Below, in pieces: positions 19,590 to 26,945 of a stretch of DNA of 64,000 nt (the stretch's first letter is position 1; each line of letters opens with the position of its first letter). The position numbers were made by a program, and so were the translations under genes. The notes beneath the pieces were generated by a model that was given only the letters and a program-made list of their open reading frames with translations, did no database searches and was not told the origin of the DNA. This stretch comes from an uncultured Bacteroidales bacterium (lineage in GTDB: Bacteria > Bacteroidota > Bacteroidia > Bacteroidales > CAIWKO01), in the NCBI GenBank assembly GCA_964599365.1, contig CAZRFL010000004.1, forward strand, positions 22,834-86,833. Reading direction: 5' to 3'.

Positions 19590-19943
19590 ATGGATAAGAA
19601 TAACCCCAAGGATGCTATCATCGCCATATCGGGTGGACTTTTGCTGTTTTATTTGATTTACAGACTGGACATCTTACTGGTATTGGCCCTCTGTTTTATC
19701 GCGATCGGGTTGTTCTCGACTTTTCTTTCAGTAAAAATTTCATGGTTGTGGATGGGCCTGGCAAAAATACTGGGCTATGTAAATTCGAGAATATTATTGG
19801 GTGTTGTCTTTTTTTTGATCTTAACTCCATTGGCTTTGCTCAGAAAAGTTTTCAGTCGAAAGATCAGGAATTCCGACAATACCAGTGTGTTTTTCGATAG
19901 AAATCATAAATACGTTTCCGGAGATTTTGAAAAACCCTTTTAA
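19590..19943 (+). CDS. SxtJ-family membrane protein
   Basis: WMGLAKILGYVNSRILLGVVFFLILTP; start reassigned to ATG 19590 after the DUF5989 stop. Confidence 0.8.
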   Translation: MDKNNPKDAIIAISGGLLLFYLIYRLDILLVLALCFIAIGLFSTFLSVKISWLWMGLAKILGYVNSRILLGVVFFLILTPLALLRKVFSRKIRNSDNTSVFFDRNHKYVSGDFEKPF

Positions 19944-20812
19944 TGGAATTTGGTTTGAATAACAGCAATAAAATCACACACGGTCTGTGGATAGGAAGCT
20001 CGCTTTCGCTTTTAGAGTTATTATGCATCAGTTCCTTCATTACTCACGGCCACGAATTCCATCTCTGGGCATACGATGTTATTGAAACCATTTTGCCTGA
20101 AGGTTTGATTTTAGAAGACGCCAATCTCATCATCCCAAAGGATCAGGTATTCTCTTATGCAAATAAGAACCAGTTTGGCCATGGCAAAGGCAGCTATGCC
20201 GGCTTCTCTGATATTTTTCGCTATAAATTGCTATTCGAAAAAGGAGGTTGGTGGGTGGATATGGATGTCTGTTGCCTGAAGCCTTTTGACTTTTCGGAAG
20301 ACTATGTTTTCCGCACCCATCATGATTTTCCTGTTGTAGGTAATATGATGAAATGTCCTAAGGGAAGCGAACTAATGTGGTTGTGTTATGAAGAAGCCAT
20401 TTCTCAAGTGAATTCCGAAAACCGGGACTGGAACAAACCTATTGAAATTTTGAACAGGAATATTGAGAAGCTGGACTTGGGAAAGTTTGTTCTTTGCATT
20501 TCTAATGCGGATAGTTGGCTGGTTGTAAGAAAGCTTATTAATTCGATTCAACCTATTCCCCATGGCTGGTATGCCATACATTGGATCAATGAGGAGTGGA
20601 GGGCCAACGGTATCAATAAAAAAGCAGTGAAAGAAAATTCCACCCTGGGTCTTTTGTTAAAAAAGTACGGTCTTTATGAAAAGTCGTCCTTTTTCCCTTT
20701 ATTTTTAAACCGCTGTAAACTCAGTCGTATGGGAATGGTTGTTAATAAAGGTCCGTTTTATATCATTCATTATATTAAGAATACTTTTCTTTATCATTCA
20801 AAAAAACGCTGA
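19943..20812 (+). CDS. Glycosyltransferase, GT32/DXD sugar-binding type
   Basis: LWIG, FSDIFRYKLLFEKGGWWVDMDV. Confidence 0.8.
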   Translation: MEFGLNNSNKITHGLWIGSSLSLLELLCISSFITHGHEFHLWAYDVIETILPEGLILEDANLIIPKDQVFSYANKNQFGHGKGSYAGFSDIFRYKLLFEKGGWWVDMDVCCLKPFDFSEDYVFRTHHDFPVVGNMMKCPKGSELMWLCYEEAISQVNSENRDWNKPIEILNRNIEKLDLGKFVLCISNADSWLVVRKLINSIQPIPHGWYAIHWINEEWRANGINKKAVKENSTLGLLLKKYGLYEKSSFFPLFLNRCKLSRMGMVVNKGPFYIIHYIKNTFLYHSKKR

Positions 20813-20929
20813 ATAAACACCTCCGCATAAACCCTTCTTTTTTTTGATGTGGTGCGTTACTTAATTCACTTGATTCAGAAAAACAGAGGGTTATGGTGCT
20901 CAGATTGTTGTCATATCAACGAAACTTCT

Positions 20930-21265
20930 CATTGGTACAAATACCCCATTCATTGTTCCAGATATACCCTTCACTAGTACAGTTATACCCTTCATTGGTA
21001 CAAGTATAGTTTTCATTGGTACAAATACACTCTTATCTGGTACAAATATACCCTTCATTGTACCAAATACACCCATACTTGGTACAAACAAACCCTTGAT
21101 TGTACCAATCAAACCCTTCATTGGTACAAGTATGACCTTCATTGGTACAAATAAGACCTTCATTAGTACATTTAGTATTTTGATTGTATTAAGCAAGATT
21201 CTCATTCGACCAATAAGTACTTTCATTGGTGCAAATAGAAGTGTAATTGAAACAATAAGCCTTTA
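20930..21265. repeat. Degenerate 21-bp tandem array, about 16 units
   Basis: Consensus approx. cattggtacaaatataccctt, strict 21-bp phase without indels. Confidence 0.85.
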
Positions 21266-21476
21266 TAATGGTAGTGTTATGAAGATTTCCGATCTGCTTT
21301 AATCAGAAACTCCGAATCTTTTATAAAAAACATTGAATTACAGCGCGTCAACTTTATACAGTTGAAGTGTAATTGCGTAGAAGTTCCTCTTTTATAAAAA
21401 AATTCAATTGCTGTTACATACCAAAGGGTTTTTTCCCTGAGGCAAAAAAACAGAATACGTGAGCTTACGGTGGGTG

Positions 21477-23006
21477 TTAAACTAGGTTCAACGTAAATTT
21501 ATCACGGAAATATGCCGGTAAATTCCCAATAGCTATTCTGTCCTGTTCCATAGTATCTCTGAAACGTACCGTAACCGTATCTTCCACCAGGGTTTCGTTG
21601 TCGATGGTGATACAATATGGAGTTCCTATTGCATCCTGACGACGATAGCGGCGGCCAATGGCATCCTTTTCGTCGTATTGACACATGTAGTCAAATTTCA
21701 ATATGTCAATAATGCTGCGGGCTTTTTCGGGCAGACCATCCTTTTTCACCAAAGGAAGTACGGCTATTTTTATAGGAGCCAAAATTGGAGGAATATTCAA
21801 TAATTCCCTAACGGAACCGTCTTCCAGTTTTTCTTCTTTATAAGAATTGCTGAGAATGGCCAGGAACATGCGATCCAAACCTATGGAAGTTTCCACCACA
21901 TAGGGCACATAGCTTTCGTTGGTTTCGGGATCGAAATACTGAAGTTTTTTTCCTGAGAATTTCTGATGGGCATTCAGATCGAAATCGGTACGCGAATGTA
22001 TACCTTCCAGTTCTTTGAAACCTATGGGAAATTCAAATTCAATATCGCTGGCGGCATTGGCATAATGTGCCAGTTTTTCGTGCTTGTGGAACCTGTATTT
22101 GGAAGGGGAAATTCCCAGCGACAAATGCCATTTCATGCGAAGATCTTTCCAGTATTCGTACCATTTCAACTCTTCGCCCGGACGAACAAAGAACTGCATT
22201 TCCATTTGCTCGAATTCGCGCATACGGAAAATGAACTGACGGGCGACTATCTCGTTACGAAAAGCCTTACCGGTTTGGGCAATGCCAAAAGGAACTTTCA
22301 TGCGTCCCGATTTCATTACGTTCAGGAAGTTCACAAAGATTCCCTGAGCAGTTTCAGGACGAAGATACAAAGTGTTTGAGTCTTCAGTCACCGAACCCAT
22401 CTGGGTGGAGAACATTAGGTTGAACTGACGTACCTCTGTCCAGTTCTTGGAACCTGAAACAGGACAAACAATGCCAAGTTCTTCTATCAATGATTTAACT
22501 CCTGCCAGATCGCCCTGTTCCAACATGGAATAGAAACGCGATGTGATATCGTTGATCTTATTCTGATATTCCGTTACACGGGGATTGGTCTCGCGATATA
22601 GTTTTTCGTCAAAAGTTTCTCCGAATCTTTGGGCAGCCTTGGTGACCTCCTTCTCGATCTTATCTTCAATTTTGGCCATATGGTCTTCCACCAAAACATC
22701 TGCACGATAGCGTTTCTTGGAATCCTTGTTGTCAATCATAGGATCGTTGAAAGCATCCACATGTCCGGAAGCTTTCCAGATGGTGGGATGCATAAAAATG
22801 GCGGAATCAATGCCCACTATGTTCTCGTTATATTGCACCATCCATTTCCACCAATAAGCGCGTATGTTGTTTTTCAGTTCCACGCCATACTGACCGTAAT
22901 CGTAAACAGCACTCAGGCCGTCGTAGATCTCACTGGAAGGAAATACAAATCCGTACTCCTTGGCATGTGAGATGATCTTCTTAAATAATTCTTCGTTGTT
23001 TGCCAT
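21477..23006 (-). CDS. glyQS: Glycine--tRNA ligase (homodimeric type)
   Basis: SSEIYDG, YLRPETAQGIF, FRMREFEQME, IGRRYRRQDAIGTP. Confidence 0.96.
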   Translation of the reverse strand: MANNEELFKKIISHAKEYGFVFPSSEIYDGLSAVYDYGQYGVELKNNIRAYWWKWMVQYNENIVGIDSAIFMHPTIWKASGHVDAFNDPMIDNKDSKKRYRADVLVEDHMAKIEDKIEKEVTKAAQRFGETFDEKLYRETNPRVTEYQNKINDITSRFYSMLEQGDLAGVKSLIEELGIVCPVSGSKNWTEVRQFNLMFSTQMGSVTEDSNTLYLRPETAQGIFVNFLNVMKSGRMKVPFGIAQTGKAFRNEIVARQFIFRMREFEQMEMQFFVRPGEELKWYEYWKDLRMKWHLSLGISPSKYRFHKHEKLAHYANAASDIEFEFPIGFKELEGIHSRTDFDLNAHQKFSGKKLQYFDPETNESYVPYVVETSIGLDRMFLAILSNSYKEEKLEDGSVRELLNIPPILAPIKIAVLPLVKKDGLPEKARSIIDILKFDYMCQYDEKDAIGRRYRRQDAIGTPYCITIDNETLVEDTVTVRFRDTMEQDRIAIGNLPAYFRDKFTLNLV

Positions 23007-23119
23007 GGTGCAAAAGTAACACTAATTTCAATTTTATGCTAGGGTGCATTCTGATCGAATTCCAATTAGGCAAATCATTTTCAGGATTACGGAATGATGA
23101 ATCGTATCAATTATTCCGA

Positions 23120-23377
23120 CTAATCATAATGGAACCTGCATTTGGCAATCAGTATTTCGTTGTCCTTTACCTGATAAATTAACCTGTGTTCTCCATCAAT
23201 TCTGCGCGACCAAAACCCGCTATACTTATATTTTAATGGTTCCGGTTTGCCCTTTCCTGAAAACGGATTACGTGAAATATCTTTCAATAAGTCGTTAATC
23301 TTTGAGAGTATTTTTTTGTCAGTTTTTTGCCAATACAAATAGTCTTCCCAAGATTCGTCAACGAATATGTATTTCAT
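23120..23377 (-). CDS. yoeB: Txe/YoeB toxin
   Basis: WEDYLYWQ, GKPEPLK, WSRRIDGEHRLIY, CRFHY. Confidence 0.93.
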   Translation of the reverse strand: MKYIFVDESWEDYLYWQKTDKKILSKINDLLKDISRNPFSGKGKPEPLKYKYSGFWSRRIDGEHRLIYQVKDNEILIAKCRFHYD

Positions 23378-23628
23378 TTTTCTAAAAGGTCTTTTTGAAA
23401 TGATGATCCCTTTTTCAGTTTTTCAATAGCAGAATCTAATCTGTCCTCATTTATTTTGGAAGACAATTCATGATGGGTTGCCTTCAATGAATTATATTCG
23501 TCTAAGGATATGATCACAACGCCGTTGTCCTTACCTCTATTGATTATCAGGGTTTCAAAATTATCAGTAACGCGATCAAGATATCTTTTAATATCCTTTC
23601 GAAAATCGGAAATGGTGGTTGTTAACAT
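23374..23628 (-). CDS. yefM: Phd/YefM antitoxin
   Basis: SDFRKDIK..LDRV, VVIISLDEYNSL; overlaps the toxin start. Confidence 0.9.
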   Translation of the reverse strand: MLTTTISDFRKDIKRYLDRVTDNFETLIINRGKDNGVVIISLDEYNSLKATHHELSSKINEDRLDSAIEKLKKGSSFQKDLLEK

Positions 23629-23640
23629 GATCTTGCTTTT

Positions 23641-23670
23641 TGTACGTTATTTTGTACAAAATTAAGTACA
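23641..23670 (-). promoter_or_regulatory. YefM-type operator overlapping the -7 promoter box
   Basis: Perfect palindrome attttgtacaaaat (23649-23662); GTAC cores at 23642, 23654 and 23666 (12-bp spacing); TAATTTTG on - strand 23657-23664. Confidence 0.7.
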
Positions 23671-23727
23671 AATTTTGAATTTTTAGTCTTTTTTTAAAAG
23701 TATTATTTAATACACCTGAAATCCGCT

Positions 23728-24723
23728 TCATTCATTGCAATTCCTGCAAATTTCAATATCCTTTCGTTGGGTAAAAACCTTTTTTCGAAAATCATTGTAA
23801 GGCCGACTTTCCCAAATGTCTGTCAGACTTCGGTTATGTATATTCCCGAAAGCGTGTTCTGCATTTTTATCAAAGCAGCAGGGAACCACATCACCGTTCC
23901 AGGTGATGACACATGAGTTCCACATGCGGTAACAAAAATTGTGAAGTTCTTTTTTGATTTGTACAGTTCCGTCGGTTGATACTTTGTACCTCGACTGCTC
24001 TTCCGGCAGCCAATCGGCAGCCTGTTCGAAATGTATCAACTGCATGGATTTGATGGAAACCTTATCCACCCCCAGGGTTTTCTTAAACGCTTTGATTTGT
24101 GCAAGCTGGGCTTCGTTCTTCTTGTGCAACAAAAATTGTAGTTCGATGAAAGGGTGATTTCTCCTTTTCACTTTTTTTGTTGCCACCAGTGCTTTGATTC
24201 CCGCTATCACTTTGTTGAAATCACCGCCCTTTCGGTATTGCTTATAGGTTTCAGCATCGGCCCCATCCAGCGAAACAATTATTTTATCCAGACCCGAATC
24301 CAGAATGCCATTGATGTTTTCAGCGGATAAATAATGCGCATTCGTCGAAATGGACACATAAAACTTCGCCTGTTTCGCTTTGGCAACAAAACTCATCAGG
24401 TCTTTATTCAGAAAGGGTTCCCCCTGAAAATACAAATTCAGATAGAAGGCAAAAGGAGAGGCTTGTTGGAGTATCCTTTCAAAAGTTTCACTGTCAAGCA
24501 CGCCATTGGGTCGGGTAAACCCTTTATCTGTGGTAAAACATTGGGGACATTTTAAATTGCATTGTGTTGTGGGTTCTACCGAGATGAAAGCCGGCAGCCC
24601 TTTATGGATTATCTTCTTAGTGAATTTTGACCAATGGTAACTCCATTTGATGGAAAGGTAATTTCTGACCCGTACATAAGTGAGGACCTGCCACAGCCTG
24701 ATTACATCATGAATAAAAGCCAT
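23728..24723 (-). CDS. Radical SAM protein with C-terminal SPASM/Twitch domain
   Basis: CNLKCPQC, FQGEP, CYRMW...GDVVPCCFD...CRNC. Confidence 0.88.
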   Translation of the reverse strand: MAFIHDVIRLWQVLTYVRVRNYLSIKWSYHWSKFTKKIIHKGLPAFISVEPTTQCNLKCPQCFTTDKGFTRPNGVLDSETFERILQQASPFAFYLNLYFQGEPFLNKDLMSFVAKAKQAKFYVSISTNAHYLSAENINGILDSGLDKIIVSLDGADAETYKQYRKGGDFNKVIAGIKALVATKKVKRRNHPFIELQFLLHKKNEAQLAQIKAFKKTLGVDKVSIKSMQLIHFEQAADWLPEEQSRYKVSTDGTVQIKKELHNFCYRMWNSCVITWNGDVVPCCFDKNAEHAFGNIHNRSLTDIWESRPYNDFRKKVFTQRKDIEICRNCNE

Positions 24724-24730
24724 TTCCCTT

Positions 24731-25825
24731 TTAAATGTGTCGGGTAAACTTGTTTACGATAGGATATTGATTTAAAAACTCCTTGGCAATGATACGCAAA
24801 ACGGTATAAGCCGGAATAGCCAATATCATCCCGGGAATGCCAGCAAGACTTCCGGCCAGTAAGATCACCAGAAATATTTCAAGTGGATGAGCCTTGACCA
24901 CATTGGCATAAATGGTAGGTTGCAGTATAAAAGCGTCCAGCAGATTTATTACGATCAGGGTTCCGCTGATCTTCATGAATACCTGAAAAAGATCGAGGGT
25001 TTGACCGGAGTCTATTATTCCGGTTATGGCAAAAACCATGGCAATACTCCATCCTATAAAAGGACCGATATAGGGTACTATGTTCATGATTCCGGCAAAA
25101 AAACCTATCATCAGGGCATTTTTAAATCCAAAAAGCCAGGTAGAAACGGTGATCAGGGTAATCACTATGAAAAGGTCGAGACATAAACCCAGTAAGTATT
25201 TTGACAGCATTCGGATCACCTTCAGATAAATGTGCTTGATCTCCGATTGCAGCCTGACAGGGGTTAATGCCATAATCCCATTGATGAGCATACGGTCCTG
25301 TTTCAGAAAAAAGAAAGTGATAAACCCTATGGCAAATATGGCAATGAAAAGGCTTCCGGCCAGGCTGACAACTGAATTGGCAATATCCGAAGCATTGGTA
25401 ATGTTGGCATAGGCCATAACCTTATTAGTCAACAAAAGTTCTATACTCTCATTGGGAAGTATCATCTGATGACTGATCAGAAAATTATTGAGCCATGCCA
25501 GGGGCTCTTTTATACTGTTCATTAGCACAACCGGATTCATTGAGGCCAAAGATTGAACCTGGGCAACCAGCAAAGGCAATACTACTGCAAAAAAACCTCC
25601 TATCAAACCGTAGATCACCAAAAGTGTAATGATGGCACTGAGCGTATGCGGCATTGTAAACTTCCCCAGCTTGACTTTATCAAGTAAGATCAACAAAGGG
25701 CGACCCATTATCGACAGTACCGCCGAAATAAGAATGTAGATCACAATATTCGAAAAGAACCATATCACATAGCCAGCTATCAGCAAGCCAACTATCAGAA
25801 TGATCCATTTGTTTCGTGTAGCCAT
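24731..25825 (-). CDS. AI-2E family transporter
   Basis: Multiple TM helices; NIVPYIGP, QPTIY...HPLEI...GIPGMILAIP. Confidence 0.88.
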   Translation of the reverse strand: MATRNKWIILIVGLLIAGYVIWFFSNIVIYILISAVLSIMGRPLLILLDKVKLGKFTMPHTLSAIITLLVIYGLIGGFFAVVLPLLVAQVQSLASMNPVVLMNSIKEPLAWLNNFLISHQMILPNESIELLLTNKVMAYANITNASDIANSVVSLAGSLFIAIFAIGFITFFFLKQDRMLINGIMALTPVRLQSEIKHIYLKVIRMLSKYLLGLCLDLFIVITLITVSTWLFGFKNALMIGFFAGIMNIVPYIGPFIGWSIAMVFAITGIIDSGQTLDLFQVFMKISGTLIVINLLDAFILQPTIYANVVKAHPLEIFLVILLAGSLAGIPGMILAIPAYTVLRIIAKEFLNQYPIVNKFTRHI

Positions 25826-25862
25826 ACGAAAGGTTTTGTCAAAATTAGTGAAAATAACCGAT

Positions 25863-26939
25863 TTAAGTAATGCCGTCTAATATTACTTTCTCAAGATGAT
25901 CTACTGGGTTGAATTTTAATATCCCTTTAGTGGTCTTAACCAAATCCATGGCGATATCCAAATTGAAATTCTCCTGTGTGACTGTGTAATAAATGTTCTT
26001 TTCAGACAAATAATCTGCCAGGTATTCCTGCTCGGTTTGCCCTGGAGTGGGAACCAATATGGCTTTCGACCCTAGGCTTGCAATATCCATTATTGTCGAA
26101 TATCCCGAACGGGCCAGCACTACTTCAGATCTGAGTATGTAATTCTGAATTTCGTCAGGCAGCAAACTGGAAAAGATTTGAATCCTATCGTTAATTATGG
26201 TTTGTAAATGTTCAGAAGGCTGACCTAATATTACTACGGACTTATAATCCGATATCTTCAATTGTGCCATTATGATTTCCTCAAAAATGGAGCGTTGCGG
26301 TTCAGGTCCTGATAGCAGGACACACAGATCGAAATCTCTTTTGATTTCTTCCCGGGGCTTACTGAATCTCGACAAGGTTCCGATATAGTGTGCGTTCCCT
26401 GGAAGCTTATCGTTTCCTGAAAGGGAGCCCGCCATTTTGAAATCTCCTGCAAAATCAGGTACCCAGCAAACATTAAATTTTCTTATAAAATACCCGTGAA
26501 CGCTAAACAATAGCTTTTCTATAATCCTGTTATTTCCCGGGGCCTTGATACTGATCTGATGGGTGATATAAATCGACCTTGTTTTTTTATTCCACAGTCC
26601 AAAGCGGTTGTCAGAAATGACAATGTCTATTTCCAATTCTCTGATGAGTTTCTTTAGTTTTTTATGTTCCCTGAAGATATTGAGAAATATTCCGGGTGTT
26701 TGATAAAATATCTTTCTGCTTAGGTTCTTCCCCTTTGTGTAAGTAATATTATAGTCATCAAACCTGAAAATGGGCAGGTGGGGGAAAGTTTCTTCCAGCA
26801 AATAGTAGGCTTTACCGCAAGCAGCTAGGGACACATTATAGTCGTTCTTTTCTAAAATTCTGATGATAGGAATACAGCGGCTGGCATGGCCCAGACCCCA
26901 GTTGAGCGGACAAATAAGTATTTTTTCCCGCTCGCTCAT
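25863..26939 (-). CDS. GT-B glycosyltransferase (GT1/GT28 C-terminal domain)
   Basis: PLNWGLGHASR, ISDNR, RSGYSTIMD, PTPGQTEQEYLA. Confidence 0.85.
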   Translation of the reverse strand: MSEREKILICPLNWGLGHASRCIPIIRILEKNDYNVSLAACGKAYYLLEETFPHLPIFRFDDYNITYTKGKNLSRKIFYQTPGIFLNIFREHKKLKKLIRELEIDIVISDNRFGLWNKKTRSIYITHQISIKAPGNNRIIEKLLFSVHGYFIRKFNVCWVPDFAGDFKMAGSLSGNDKLPGNAHYIGTLSRFSKPREEIKRDFDLCVLLSGPEPQRSIFEEIIMAQLKISDYKSVVILGQPSEHLQTIINDRIQIFSSLLPDEIQNYILRSEVVLARSGYSTIMDIASLGSKAILVPTPGQTEQEYLADYLSEKNIYYTVTQENFNLDIAMDLVKTTKGILKFNPVDHLEKVILDGIT

Positions 26940-26945
26940 TTGCCA

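Noticed and set aside
17560-19943. Saxitoxin biosynthesis
   Set aside because: Only I/J/K-like genes are present; no sxtA, sxtG or other core genes
20930-21265. CRISPR array (also considered for 56557-56766)
   Set aside because: Units abut with no unique spacers and no cas genes are present
20900-21302. ORFs 20900-21226 (-) and 21096-21302 (+) as real proteins
   Set aside because: Both coincide with the 21-bp array and the conservation pattern does not follow codon positions; not fully excluded
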